DNA of 64,000 bases, taken from Alphaproteobacteria bacterium. GTDB lineage: Bacteria; Pseudomonadota; Alphaproteobacteria; UBA9219; RGZA01. Both the position numbers and the translations under genes were made by a program. The notes under the pieces were generated by a model. That model did no database searches, was not told the DNA's origin, and worked only from the letters and a program-made list of their open reading frames with translations. Positions 17,627 through 27,875 of this stretch are shown one piece after another; position 1 is the stretch's first letter, and each line of letters begins with the position of its first letter. The stretch spans positions 6,237 to 70,236 of the forward strand of contig JANQEX010000074.1 in the NCBI GenBank assembly GCA_028278105.1, read 5' to 3'.

Positions 17627-18853
17627 ATGAAACAGGAAAACGCCTCATCCCTTGTCAATGCCGCCTCGTTTCTGGTTTTCGGACTTGCCGCGAGCTGGGG
17701 CGTTTTCGTGGGCGGAGCTTATGGCGCCATCGGCATCATCGGCGCCTTGCTGATGTGGGGCGCGGTGACAATCACCGACCGGCGCCCCGCCTTTCCCGAC
17801 AGGACAATGCTTCTTTTCTGCCTTGCGGTGCTGGTGATGATAACGGCGCTGCTGCCCTTCGCGGCCTGGCCAAGGGAAAGCAACCGCGAGACCCTTCAGG
17901 CCGTTTCCATCATCCTGCCGCTTCTGCTGCTGGCAAGCCCGCGCGTGCAGGAGCGCGTGGCGCGGAACCCGTGCTTGTTTTCCGTTTTGCCGTGGCTGCT
18001 TGCGTTTTTTCTTCTGGCCCTCGCGGTGGAGCATGTGCTGAAAGCGCCGGTGATGCGTTATTTTTCACCGGGCGGATGGGAATCGGAAACCGGCAATCTT
18101 GAGGATTTCCTCACCCGCTATAACCGCGGCATTTCCTATGCGCTGATGCTGGGCTGGGCGGTGGCCGGCGCGTTGTGGAGCAAGGGAAAGCGCCATACGG
18201 CGTTGTTTCTTGCACTGGCTTTTGTGCCCGCGCTGGCGCTGACGGAATCCAGCGCCGCGCAGGCGGCGCTGGCGGGCGCGGTGCTGGTGGTGGCGCTGGC
18301 TTCCTTCGCGCCGGCGCTGACGCGCTGGTTGTTGAGCGCGGGGATTTTGGTCAGCCTTTCCTGGCCGGCGGTGACGGCAAAGCTTTTTCTGCTCTGCCGC
18401 GATGGCCTGAAGGCGTTGCCGGAATCCTGGCACACCCGCATGGAAATCTGGGATTTTCTTTCCTACCGCATTCCCGCCCGGCCCTTTCTGGGATGGGGCA
18501 TGGGCGGCACGCCGCAAATGCTTCCCGCCGGGCCGAACGGGGCGCTGTATGAATACGTGCATGAGCCGGTGGGGCATCCGCATAATGCGGTGATTCAGCT
18601 TTGGCTGGAGCACGGCATTCTCGGCCCGGTGCTGGGCGTTGTTTTTGCCCTGCTGATGCTGCGGCGCGCGTCACGCCTGCCGCGTTCGCTTGTTCCCTTT
18701 GCCTTCGGCGCATGGACCGTGGCGTTTGCCCTTTCGCTTGTTGCCTATGATTTTTGGTCCGATTCCCTTCTGGCCGCCTTTGCCCTGACGGCTTTTGCCT
18801 TTTCCGTTGCCGCAAAAAGGCTGGAAAAGCCGGATCACGAAAATTCCCCGTAA
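17627..18853 (+). CDS. O-antigen ligase / polymerase family membrane protein (Wzy_C domain)
   Basis: Polytopic membrane protein with the O-antigen ligase signature loop (HPHNAVIQLWLEHGILG). The ORF track start at 17396 reads through an upstream repeat; ATG at 17627 chosen. Confidence 0.7.
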   Translation: MKQENASSLVNAASFLVFGLAASWGVFVGGAYGAIGIIGALLMWGAVTITDRRPAFPDRTMLLFCLAVLVMITALLPFAAWPRESNRETLQAVSIILPLLLLASPRVQERVARNPCLFSVLPWLLAFFLLALAVEHVLKAPVMRYFSPGGWESETGNLEDFLTRYNRGISYALMLGWAVAGALWSKGKRHTALFLALAFVPALALTESSAAQAALAGAVLVVALASFAPALTRWLLSAGILVSLSWPAVTAKLFLLCRDGLKALPESWHTRMEIWDFLSYRIPARPFLGWGMGGTPQMLPAGPNGALYEYVHEPVGHPHNAVIQLWLEHGILGPVLGVVFALLMLRRASRLPRSLVPFAFGAWTVAFALSLVAYDFWSDSLLAAFALTAFAFSVAAKRLEKPDHENSP

Positions 18854-19034
18854 AGGACTCGGAAAAAACAAATGTTTTTCAATCGACTCGGAGATTTTGG
18901 CCCCTTTATGTTCTCAGAATTAACCAAATATTGACCATATCTGCATCAAGATATCGTGTGCGGGTGAGTCGTGTCACTACAACATCTTGTGGCCGTCACC
19001 TTGGCCATAACAATCTGTCTGTCAGGAAACAGAG

Positions 19035-19235
19035 ATGAACACCGACTTCAAATCCCTCGAAAGGCGCTACGGAACATTGCTGGCCCTGAAGATAAAGGAG
19101 GAAATAGCCCGCGCTGAACAGCAGCGCTTTACCTTCTACCGCATACCGGAAAGCTTCAGAACCCTGCATCGTGAGCTTCTTTCCGGCGATGAGGACGTGG
19201 TAACGTCCCCCCGGTTGGTGCGCCGCGTGGGTTAG
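19035..19235 (+). CDS. Small hypothetical protein (66 aa) in a low-GC intergenic islet
   Basis: AGGAAA RBS 6 nt upstream of the ATG. Charged helical sequence with no recognised family. Confidence 0.35.
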   Translation: MNTDFKSLERRYGTLLALKIKEEIARAEQQRFTFYRIPESFRTLHRELLSGDEDVVTSPRLVRRVG

Positions 19236-19284
19236 GATTTACTGTCGCGCTTTTCAGCGCAGGATGGGACTTTGTTATTAATAA

Positions 19285-19313
19285 TCAAATGACTAAGTCA
19301 TTCAAATGACTAA
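19285..19313. promoter_or_regulatory. Operator-like motif: direct repeat TCAAATGACTAA x2 containing the perfect 15-bp palindrome AATGACTAAGTCATT
   Basis: 7-1-7 dyad typical of dimeric regulator sites, in an AT-rich region between the small ORF and the candidate sRNA/terminator. Confidence 0.35.
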
Positions 19314-19517
19314 ATAGTTTAAAAAAATTGTACAGAATAGATATTTATCTTGCATCCGGCATAATCCCATCCTAAAAAACAGTACCGAATACGGAATTTC
19401 TCCGTCGGTACGGATCGCTGTTTTAGTCGACGGTCAGGAAGATTGCCTGCGTTTTGTGTCCGAGGCGCAGGAATGATGGTGATGGGACACTCCTAAGATC
19501 TATCCCAAACTCATTCA

Positions 19518-19549
19518 GCCCCGCGCTCTTGTGGCGCGGGGTTTTTTTT
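19518..19549 (+). terminator. Rho-independent terminator (GCCCCGCGC-TCTTGT-GGCGCGGGG followed by T8)
   Basis: 9-bp GC stem followed by a T8 run, immediately upstream of prmC. It ends a roughly 150-180 nt untranslated transcript region (19370..19550) that could be an sRNA. Confidence 0.7.
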
Positions 19550-19585
19550 GATGCGCGGCCATGCGCGCAGTGAATAAATGGCGCG

Positions 19586-20503
19586 ATGACTCTGGAACAG
19601 ATTCTGGTTGAGGCCACGGCAAGGCTGGAGAAGGCCGGCGTATACAGTCCTCGCGCCGATGCCGAACTGATCGCGGCCTATGTGCTGCACCAGCCGCGCG
19701 AGGCGTTGATGCGGCAGCCAAAGCGCGAACTGGGTGAAGCCGCGCGGCAGGCGTTTCGGGATGTTCTGGCAAGACGCGAAGCGCGCGAGCCCTTGGCGCG
19801 CATTTTCGGCTTCATCGAATTTTACAGGCTCATCATCGAAGTGGCGCCCGGCGTGTTCGAGCCGGTGATTGAATCGGAAAGCCTCGTGGAGCACGCCCTG
19901 ATTTTTCTGGAAAAGCGCGAGGGACCGCTCCGCGTCCTGGATCTTGGCGCCGGCACGGGCTGTTTGCTTTTGGCGCTTCTTTCGGTTCTGCCGCGGGCCA
20001 CCGGGCTTGGCATTGACATCAATCCCGACGCGGTGGCGCTTGCAAAGCGCAACGCCGCGCGCGCGGGGTTGCAGGACCGCGCCGAATTCCGCGTCAATGA
20101 CTGGACGAACGGGCTGGAAGGTCCGTTCGACCTGGTGATCGGCAACATTCCCTACATTCCCTCGCGCCGGGTGGTCCGGCTTGTGCCGGAGGTGCGCCTG
20201 TACGATCCCCGTGAATCCCTGGATGGCGGGGCGAACGGGCAGAATTTTTACCGCCGCATCGCGCGCGATTTTCACAAGCTGGCGGCTCCCGGCGGCATGG
20301 GCATTTTTCAGGCGGTGCAAAGCTTTGCCGCGCGCACCCTGCGGACTTTCCGTTCTTACGGGCTGGAGGCGGCGCTCAAGCGCAATCACTTCGGCATGCC
20401 CGTGGGCGTTGCCATATTTCGTGGCAGAGAGCCGCCCAAAGGGTTCCTTGGCAAAATCCTTTATCAGGCGCGGCTGCTGCTGATGAAGTTGTTCCTGCTT
20501 TGA
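19586..20503 (+). CDS. prmC: Release-factor glutamine N5-methyltransferase PrmC (HemK)
   Basis: HemK N-terminal domain, SAM motif LDLGAGTGC, and catalytic tetrad present as NIPY (GNIPYIPS) rather than the canonical NPPY. The C-terminal about 30 aa read into the downstream repeat array. Confidence 0.8.
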   Translation: MTLEQILVEATARLEKAGVYSPRADAELIAAYVLHQPREALMRQPKRELGEAARQAFRDVLARREAREPLARIFGFIEFYRLIIEVAPGVFEPVIESESLVEHALIFLEKREGPLRVLDLGAGTGCLLLALLSVLPRATGLGIDINPDAVALAKRNAARAGLQDRAEFRVNDWTNGLEGPFDLVIGNIPYIPSRRVVRLVPEVRLYDPRESLDGGANGQNFYRRIARDFHKLAAPGGMGIFQAVQSFAARTLRTFRSYGLEAALKRNHFGMPVGVAIFRGREPPKGFLGKILYQARLLLMKLFLL

Positions 20504-20651
20504 TAGGGTCATAAGGGTCGTAAGGGGCAGGAGGGTCTTTTTTGATCCTGTTGACCCTTCAACCCCTTTCGACCCTGCCATTTCCCCTTATATTTGACAG
20601 AAAGCGCGGGATAACCTACCCATTCAGGCTGATACGGGAGAAAATTGGTCC

Positions 20652-21599
20652 ATGAAAGTTGTCCTTGCCCAGCCGCGCGGATTTTGCGCGGGCGTGGAGC
20701 GCGCCATTGAAATTGTTGAAGAAGCCCTGCAACGTTTCGGCCCGCCGGTCTATGTGCGTCACGAAATCGTGCATAACCGCCATGTGGTGGAGCGCCTGCG
20801 CGAAAAGGGGGCCGTATTCGTGAAGGATACCGACCAGATTCCCGAAGGGGCGATGGCCGTTTTCTCGGCGCATGGCGTTTCGCAGAAGGTTGAAGACCAT
20901 GCGCGCGCGCGCGGGCTGGATTTGATCGACGCGACCTGCCCGCTCGTGTCCAAGGTGCATACCGAAGGCCAGCGCTACGCCAAGCAGGGATTCGAGATTA
21001 TCCTGATCGGCCATCACGGCCACCCCGAAATCGAAGGCACGCTGGGCCGGATTCCCGGCACGGTGCATCTGATTTCGGAAGTGGAGGATGTGGCGAAACT
21101 TCAGGTGAGCACCGACAAGCTGGCCTATATCACCCAGACCACGCTTTCGGTGGACGACACGCGCGACGTGATCGTGGCCCTGCGCGCGCGTTTTCCCTCC
21201 ATCGTCGGCCCGGCGACCAAGGATATCTGCTATGCCACGCAAAACCGCCAGGCGGCGGTGAGAGAGCTGGCCAAGCATGTGGACGTGGTGCTGGTCATCG
21301 GCGCGCATAACTCGTCGAATTCCAACCGCCTGCGCGAGCTGGCGGTCTCGGAAGGCGTCCCCGCCTATCTGATCGAGGATGAAAGCAAGCTGGATCCCGC
21401 CTGGCTTTCGGACAAGAAAACCGTGGGCATTACCGCGGGCGCTTCCGCGCCGGAAGATCTGGTTCAGGGTCTGGTGGAAACCTTGCGCCGCATCGGGCCG
21501 GTGGAGGTGAGCGTGCTGCCCGGCGTACAGGAAAACGTGAAGTTCCGCCTGCCCATGTCGCTTTCCAGGCCGCGCGAGCGGCAAAGGGGCGCGGCTTGA
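20652..21599 (+). CDS. ispH: 4-hydroxy-3-methylbut-2-enyl diphosphate reductase IspH (LytB)
   Basis: Conserved Cys-containing motifs ([26 protein letters not shown]). Confidence 0.9.
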   Translation: MKVVLAQPRGFCAGVERAIEIVEEALQRFGPPVYVRHEIVHNRHVVERLREKGAVFVKDTDQIPEGAMAVFSAHGVSQKVEDHARARGLDLIDATCPLVSKVHTEGQRYAKQGFEIILIGHHGHPEIEGTLGRIPGTVHLISEVEDVAKLQVSTDKLAYITQTTLSVDDTRDVIVALRARFPSIVGPATKDICYATQNRQAAVRELAKHVDVVLVIGAHNSSNSNRLRELAVSEGVPAYLIEDESKLDPAWLSDKKTVGITAGASAPEDLVQGLVETLRRIGPVEVSVLPGVQENVKFRLPMSLSRPRERQRGAA

Positions 21600-22006
21600 T
21601 TTTTTAAAGGTTAGCGTTTTGCAAAAGACAAGCCAGATTCCCCTCCCTCTGGGAGGGGTTAGGGGAGGGAAAACAATGCGCATGGCGTTAGGTTCAATGG
21701 ACAATTACCAACACGAACATTCCCGCGGAAGCGGGAATCCCATTTGTTTTCAGGAACAAATTGGATTCCGGGTCGCGGTTGCTGCGCAACCTTGCCCGGA
21801 ATGTTCATTTAGTCTTTTCAATGACTTGAGCTTAATTGTCCATTGAACCTATGGCATCAACCCTCCCCCGACCCCTCTCCGCCTTCGCTCTTCAAGCTTT
21901 GGCGGACAAGCTTTCTCCAAGGACCCGCCGGAGCCTTGGCGCAGGTGGGCCAAAGGGAGGGGAGATTGATCCGCGCCCTGGTTTGGTTTTGTGTGAGTGA
22001 GGATTT

Positions 22007-23209
22007 ATGACCGTACCCCTTCACCAGCAACTCGCCATTGGCGGCTATATCGCCGGCCAGCACGTGAAGGCCTTTTTCAAGGGCCGGAAAACCCCGCGCT
22101 ACCCGCTGGTGCTGATGCTGGAGCCGCTGTTCCGGTGCAATCTGGCTTGCGCCGGCTGCGGCAAGATCGATTATCCCGACCCCATCCTCAACAAGCGCCT
22201 GTCGGTGGAGGAATGCCTGGCGGCGGTGGATGAATGCGGCGCGCCGATGGTGGCCATTCCGGGCGGCGAGCCCTTGCTGCACAAGGACATGCCGGAAATC
22301 GTCCGGCGGATCATTGCCCGCGGGAAATACGTCACGCTTTGCACCAACGCGCTGTTGCTGGAAAAGAAGATCGGCCAGTACCAGCCCTCCCGGTACTTCA
22401 ACTGGTCCATCCATCTGGACGGGCTGAAGCCGGAGCACGACCGCTCGGTCTGCCAGGAAGGCGTATATGAAAAGGCGGTGGCGGCGGCGAAGCTGGCCAG
22501 ACAAAAGGGTTTCCGCGTCAATATCAACTGCACGCTGTTTACCTCGAACTCCGATCCCGAACGGGTGGCGGCGTTTTTTGACGAGGTGATGGCGCTTGGC
22601 ATCGACAACATCACCGTCTCGCCCGGCTATGCCTATGAGCGCGCGCCGGACCAGGAGCATTTCCTCAACCGCCGCGCCACCAAGGAGTTGTTCCGCAACA
22701 TCTTCCGCGCGGGCGCAAGGGGGCAGGGAGCGGGCAAGCCCAGATGGAGCTTCAGCCAAAGCGGTCTTTACATGGATTTTCTGGCCGGGAACCAGACCTA
22801 TGCCTGCACGCCCTGGGGCATGCCCACGCGCAACGTGTTCGGCTGGCAGCGGCCCTGCTATCTGCTGGGCGAGGGATACGCCAAAAGCTTCCGCGAGTTG
22901 ATGGAAGACACGAACTGGGAGAATTACGGCACCGGCAATTACGAAAAATGCGCCGACTGCATGGTGCATTCGGGCTATGAGGCCACCGCGGCGATGGACG
23001 CCGTTTCAAATCCGCTGAAGGCTTTTGCCGTCGGCCTGCGCGGGCCGAAAACGGAAGGCGAATTCGCGCCGGAAATCCCGCTGGACAAGCAACGCCCGGC
23101 CGAATACGTGTTCGGCCGCCATGTGGAAACCGCCATGGCCGAGGCGGAAACCGAAGCCAAGGCCCGCAAGCAGGCCGTGGCCGCCACCCGCACCATCGCG
23201 GCGGAGTAG
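22007..23209 (+). CDS. hpnH: Hopanoid-associated radical SAM protein HpnH (adenosylhopane synthase)
   Basis: CNLACAGCG radical-SAM cluster motif, about 400 aa, HpnH-type sequence, adjacent to ispH as in many hopanoid producers. Confidence 0.8.
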   Translation: MTVPLHQQLAIGGYIAGQHVKAFFKGRKTPRYPLVLMLEPLFRCNLACAGCGKIDYPDPILNKRLSVEECLAAVDECGAPMVAIPGGEPLLHKDMPEIVRRIIARGKYVTLCTNALLLEKKIGQYQPSRYFNWSIHLDGLKPEHDRSVCQEGVYEKAVAAAKLARQKGFRVNINCTLFTSNSDPERVAAFFDEVMALGIDNITVSPGYAYERAPDQEHFLNRRATKELFRNIFRAGARGQGAGKPRWSFSQSGLYMDFLAGNQTYACTPWGMPTRNVFGWQRPCYLLGEGYAKSFRELMEDTNWENYGTGNYEKCADCMVHSGYEATAAMDAVSNPLKAFAVGLRGPKTEGEFAPEIPLDKQRPAEYVFGRHVETAMAEAETEAKARKQAVAATRTIAAE

Positions 23210-23417
23210 GAAATAATTTCCTCTCCTCTTGCCCGTCTTCGCTAAAGCTACGCCGGGCAAATTTGCAAACTCGCCCTGCGTAGCCGAAGGCGGAGCAGGG
23301 AGGCGGGTATCCACGCCTGTAATCTTTTGATTTGTTGGATTTAGAGCGTGGATGCCTGCCTTCGCGGGCATGACAGATGTGCCTATGGAACGGATCAGCT
23401 TATAAGACCGTTGGTAT

Positions 23418-23657
23418 AACTGCTCATTCCGGCGCCCGGCTTCGCCTGCGGCTACGCCGAGGTCTTGGCGTACCCGTCGCGCCGAAGCTTTCGCGGAGGC
23501 GGAGAAGCCGGAATCCAGCAACCGCCGAAGGCGGTTGCATGTTGCCGAAGGCAACATGCTGGACCCCGGCTGGAGCCTGCCCCCGCGAAAGCGGGGGCCG
23601 GGGTGAGAAGTTGTTTTTTCAAATATAAAACCTGCTTAATTGAGTCCAGACCCTAAA
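23418..23657. mobile_element. MITE-like element, partial copy (right TIR plus internal GC hairpin modules)
   Basis: Right terminus CTGCTTAATTGAGTCCAGACCC + TA. Internal core ATAACTGCTCATTCCGGC and the module GGAATCCAGCAACCGCCGAAGGCGGTTGCATG...GCAACATGCTGGACCCCGGCTGGAGCC, shared with the copies at 17140 and 32392. Confidence 0.65.
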
Positions 23658-23729
23658 GAGTCATAAGAGTTTTTATTGACCCCTCGTGACCTCTTGAGAC
23701 CCTTACGCCCCTCTATGACGTGTGATCGA

Positions 23730-24785
23730 ATGAGCCAGCCCACAGCCATAGCCCTCGACGCCATGGGCGGTGACCACGCCCCCGCCATGGTGATCGCGGG
23801 TGCTGCGCTGGCGGCCAAGCGGCATCCGTCCCTGCAATTCCACATTTACGGCGACGAGGGGAAGTTACGCCCGCTCGTCGCCCGTCACGCGGCGCTGGAA
23901 TCGGCGAAGCTCTACCATACAACCGAGATCATTCCCGACGACATGAAGCCCTCGGTGGCACTGCGCCAGGGCAAGCGCTCCAGCATGCGCATGGCCATCG
24001 ACGCGGTGAAGGAAGGTGCGGCGCAAGGCGTGGTCAGCGCGGGCAACACCGGCGCGCTGATGGCGATTTCGAAATTCGTTCTGGGGCTTTTGCCGGGCAT
24101 CGACCGGCCGGCCATCACGTCCCTGCTGCCCACCATGCCGGGGCGCTGCGTGGTGCTTGATCTTGGCGCCAATCTGGAGTGCGGCCCGGATAACCTGGTG
24201 CAGTTCGCGATCATGGGCGCGCTGATCGCGCGGGTGGAGCTGGGGCTGGAGGAGCCGCGCATCGCGCTTTTGAACATCGGCAGCGAGGAAATGAAAGGCC
24301 ATGATGAAATCCGCACGGCGGCGGCCATTCTGCGCGACACGCCGGCGCCGGGCCGCTTTATCGGCTATGTCGAGGCCGACGAGGTGCAACTCGGCCGGGC
24401 CGACGTGGTGGTCACGGACGGCTTTACCGGCAACATCGCCCTCAAGACCCTTGAAGGAACGGCCCGCCTTGCCGCCGGCTTCCTGCGCCAGGCGCTGCAA
24501 AGCTCGCTCAGCGCGCGGCTCGGCGCGCTGCTGGCGGGGGGCGCGCTGGCAAGGCTGCGCCAGCGCATCGATCCCCGCGCCTATAACGGGGCGATGCTGG
24601 TGGGGCTGCAAGGCGTGTGCGTGAAAAGCCATGGCGGCACCGACGCGCGCGGCTTCGCCAATGCCATCGGCGTGGCGGCGCAACTGGTCGAGGGCGCGCT
24701 CAATCCCCGCATTCATGCGGAATTCGCGCGCCTCTATGGTGTGCCGGGCGGTCCTGGCGTTGCCGCGCTCACGGACATGTCATGA
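23730..24785 (+). CDS. plsX: Phosphate acyltransferase PlsX
   Basis: AIALDAMGGDHAP N-terminus and PlsX fold. Followed by fabH with start/stop overlap. Confidence 0.9.
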   Translation: MSQPTAIALDAMGGDHAPAMVIAGAALAAKRHPSLQFHIYGDEGKLRPLVARHAALESAKLYHTTEIIPDDMKPSVALRQGKRSSMRMAIDAVKEGAAQGVVSAGNTGALMAISKFVLGLLPGIDRPAITSLLPTMPGRCVVLDLGANLECGPDNLVQFAIMGALIARVELGLEEPRIALLNIGSEEMKGHDEIRTAAAILRDTPAPGRFIGYVEADEVQLGRADVVVTDGFTGNIALKTLEGTARLAAGFLRQALQSSLSARLGALLAGGALARLRQRIDPRAYNGAMLVGLQGVCVKSHGGTDARGFANAIGVAAQLVEGALNPRIHAEFARLYGVPGGPGVAALTDMS

Positions 24786-25753
24786 GCATCCTGCGCGCGC
24801 GCATCCTTGGAACAGGGTCGGCCCTTCCCGAAAAAAGCGTCGCCAATGCCGAGCTGGCTTCCCGCGTCGACACCTCGGATGAGTGGATCACGCAACGCAC
24901 CGGCATCCGCAGCCGCCATATTGCGGGCGAAGGCGAAAGCACCGCCGGCCTCGCCCTTGCCGCGGCAACACAGGCGCTGAAGGAATCCGGGATCGGAGCG
25001 GCGCAGGTGGATGCCGTGATCGCCGCCACCACCACGCCCGACGAAATCTTCCCCTCCGTCGCCACCCGGATTCAGGCCGGGCTTGGCATGACGCGCGGCT
25101 TTGCCTTCGACGTGCAGGCGGTCTGCTCCGGCTTTCTCTATGCCCTGACGGTGGCGGACCAGTTCATCCGCAACGGCACGGCGCGCACGGTGCTGGTGAC
25201 CGGGGCGGAAACGCTGTCGCGCATCGTGGACTGGACCGACCGCTCGACGTGCATTCTGTTCGGCGACGGAGCCGGGGCGGTGGTGTTGCGCGCGTTTGAG
25301 GACGAAGGCTCTTCGTCCGATAGAGGCATCCTCGGCAGCCGTCTCTATTCCGACGGCCGCATGCATGACCTGCTCTATGCCGCAGGCGGTCCCGGTTCCG
25401 CCGGGCCAAAGGGCGCGATTAAAATGCAAGGGCGCGAGGTGTTCCGCCACGCGGTGGATGAAATGGCGAAGGTGGTGGACGAAGTTTTGACCGCCGGCGG
25501 CTTTTCCCGCGCCGATCTCGACTGGCTGGTGCCGCATCAGGCCAACCGCCGCATCATCGAGGCCACGGCGCAGAAGCTCGGCCTTTCCATGGACAAGGTG
25601 GTGCTGACGGTGGATCATCACGGCAACACGTCCGCCGCCTCCATTCCGCTTGCGTTGCACGAGGCGCGGGCGCGCTTTCGCCCCGGCGACCTGATGGTGC
25701 TGGAAGCCCTCGGCGGCGGCTTCACCTGGGGAGGGGTGGCGTTGAGGTGGTGA
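24782..25753 (+). CDS. fabH: 3-oxoacyl-ACP synthase III FabH
   Basis: KAS III motifs (active-site Cys in AFDVQAVCSGF, H/N in the C-terminal HQANRRI...GNTSAAS). Confidence 0.9.
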   Translation: MSILRARILGTGSALPEKSVANAELASRVDTSDEWITQRTGIRSRHIAGEGESTAGLALAAATQALKESGIGAAQVDAVIAATTTPDEIFPSVATRIQAGLGMTRGFAFDVQAVCSGFLYALTVADQFIRNGTARTVLVTGAETLSRIVDWTDRSTCILFGDGAGAVVLRAFEDEGSSSDRGILGSRLYSDGRMHDLLYAAGGPGSAGPKGAIKMQGREVFRHAVDEMAKVVDEVLTAGGFSRADLDWLVPHQANRRIIEATAQKLGLSMDKVVLTVDHHGNTSAASIPLALHEARARFRPGDLMVLEALGGGFTWGGVALRW

Positions 25754-25874
25754 TCGTTTCGACTGGCCATAAAAACCTTTCTGGCGAGACATCTGGTCCA
25801 TAAAAGCTGCTTGAATCGCGCTTTTCCGAATCAGAAGAATTCTATAGCATTTTGATTCGCAAGGATTTTCATCC

Positions 25875-26216
25875 TTGCGGCAGGAGAGCGCCGTGACCGA
25901 ACGCACCATAACCAGAGCGGATCTGAGCGAGGCCGTCTATCAGGAAGTCGGCCTGTCTCGAAATGAATCCGCCGTTCTTGTTGAAACCGTTTTGGAAGAA
26001 ATCAGCCGGGCGCTGATTGGCGGGGAAACGGTGAAGCTTTCCTCCTTCGGCACCTTTGCGGTGCGCCAGAAGAACCAGCGCATTGGCCGCAACCCCAAGA
26101 CCGGCGAGGAAGTGCCCATTCTGCCCCGCCGCGTGCTGGTATTCCGCGCCTCGCATGTGCTGAAAGATCGTATCAACACCGAGAAAGCGCAGAAGGGTAT
26201 CCATGAGTCATCTTGA
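25875..26216 (+). CDS. ihfA: Integration host factor alpha subunit
   Basis: HU/IHF fold with the [12 protein letters not shown] arm motif. Conserved position after plsX-fabH. Confidence 0.85.
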   Translation: MRQESAVTERTITRADLSEAVYQEVGLSRNESAVLVETVLEEISRALIGGETVKLSSFGTFAVRQKNQRIGRNPKTGEEVPILPRRVLVFRASHVLKDRINTEKAQKGIHESS

Positions 26217-26964
26217 TGTTCACGGTGAGGTCCAGAAATCGCATCTTGCTTTTCGCACCATCAGCGAGGTTTCGCAGGAAATCAATGTGCCGCAACATGT
26301 GCTGCGCTTTTGGGAAAGCCGTTTTTCGCAGATCAAGCCGCTGAAGAGCGGCGGCGGGCGCCGGTATTACCGCCCGGAAGATATCGAGTTGCTGCGCTGC
26401 ATCAAGGATTATCTTTACAAGCAGGGCTACACCATCAAGGGCGTACAGCGCCTTCTGAAAGAACACCGCATGGCCCACATCGCCGCCGCGATGGAAGCAA
26501 ACCAGCGCCGGCGGCAGGAAGAACGGCACGCCGCGGATTCCGAAGCGCAAGCCGGTGAGGCCTTCTCCACCGGCCCGGACAGGGCGCAGGATATTCCGCC
26601 CGACGAATTCACGGAAACGGCGATGGAAACCACGCGGAAAAGGGAAGAAGAAGCCCTTCCTTCCGAAGACAGTATTGCCAAGACGTTACGGGTGGTCACG
26701 CGCATCCATGATGAACTTCATATCCCGGTGGAACCCATGCAACTCACGGCGGCGGCGCTGGTCCAGCAGGCTCTGGAACAAAAGCAGTTTGAATTCGTGG
26801 ACGAAGAGAGTGTGCCGGGGGCTGACGCTCCCGCCGCGCGGGAAACCGCCCCGCCGCGGGCGGCGGTCCAGGACAATCTTGTTTCCGACGAAGTGCGTTC
26901 GGAACTGAAGAGCATTCTGTCCGAACTGACAGATTTGCGCGATATGTTGAAAGGCGCGGCCTAG
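26203..26964 (+). CDS. MerR-family transcriptional regulator (conserved ihfA-downstream gene)
   Basis: N-terminal MerR HTH ([22 protein letters not shown]) and acidic C-terminal region. Confidence 0.75.
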   Translation: MSHLDVHGEVQKSHLAFRTISEVSQEINVPQHVLRFWESRFSQIKPLKSGGGRRYYRPEDIELLRCIKDYLYKQGYTIKGVQRLLKEHRMAHIAAAMEANQRRRQEERHAADSEAQAGEAFSTGPDRAQDIPPDEFTETAMETTRKREEEALPSEDSIAKTLRVVTRIHDELHIPVEPMQLTAAALVQQALEQKQFEFVDEESVPGADAPAARETAPPRAAVQDNLVSDEVRSELKSILSELTDLRDMLKGAA

Positions 26965-27223
26965 GGCCAATGGACAAATACAAGATGGAAAATCCAATAA
27001 AGACAATCACTCCCGCGAAGGCGGGAGTCCCATTTTTATAACAGAACCAAATGGGATTCCCGCTGGAGCGTACCCCCGCCCCCGCCTTCGCGGGAGTAAA
27101 CTCCAGCGGGGGCGGGCATGACGGGTTACTTTTTGGCATGTGTCAATTCATATGCGCCGGTATTTTATTGACCGGTTGCCCGCCGTCCGCGCATTGGCTA
27201 TAACAGCGCCTCTCTCATGGACA

Positions 27224-27300
27224 CGGAACGTAGCGCAGCCTGGTAGCGCACTTGTCTGGGGGGCAAGTGGTCGCGGGTTCAAATCCCGCCGTTCCGACCA
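27224..27300 (+). tRNA. tRNA-Pro (anticodon GGG)
   Basis: Cloverleaf: acceptor CGGAACG/CGTTCCG, D-arm GCGC-AGCCTGGTA-GCGC, anticodon loop CTGGGGG with G37, T-loop TTCAAAT, and 3' CCA encoded. Confidence 0.85.
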
Positions 27301-27401
27301 GCCTTCGCTCTTTGAGCTTCGGCCCGGCGGGCCGGGCCCGCTCCCGGCCGGACGATTCGGCATGGATGCAAAATCCTGCCGCGGGCTTATAATCGGAGGG
27401 C

Positions 27402-27734
27402 ATGACCGCCCGGCCTGAAATCCTGTTCGTTTATATTCCCTGCGCCGCGAAAGAAGAGGCGAAGAAAATCGGCCGCGCCCTGGTGGAAGAGCGGCTGGCG
27501 GCTTGCACCAATATCTATGACGGGCCCTGTTCCATCTATCACTGGCAGGGCGGAGTGGAAGAGGGGGAGGAGGCGCTGCTCATCGTCAAGACCCGCGCGG
27601 ATCTTTTCGAGGATCTGGCCGCGCGCGTTACGGCGCTGCATTCCTATGAGGTGCCGTGCATTGCCGGCCTTGAGATTGATTGTCTCAACGAGTCCTATGC
27701 CGACTGGATTTGCGACGAGACGGAAAGAAATTAG
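27402..27734 (+). CDS. cutA: Divalent-cation tolerance protein CutA
   Basis: CutA1 fold signature (ILFVYIPC...ACTNIY...SIYHWQG...LLIVKT). Confidence 0.8.
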   Translation: MTARPEILFVYIPCAAKEEAKKIGRALVEERLAACTNIYDGPCSIYHWQGGVEEGEEALLIVKTRADLFEDLAARVTALHSYEVPCIAGLEIDCLNESYADWICDETERN

Positions 27735-27875
27735 TTCTCGAAGCTCGCAGGGCGGAGGCGGAAGGGAGGGGATTAAGGGGTGGGGTTTGCGGTTGCCACC
27801 AGAAGAACCCCTCACCAGCAAGAACCAAGGGTTTAGCCGCTTCGCGTCTAAACCCAGGTTCTTGCATCCTCTCCC

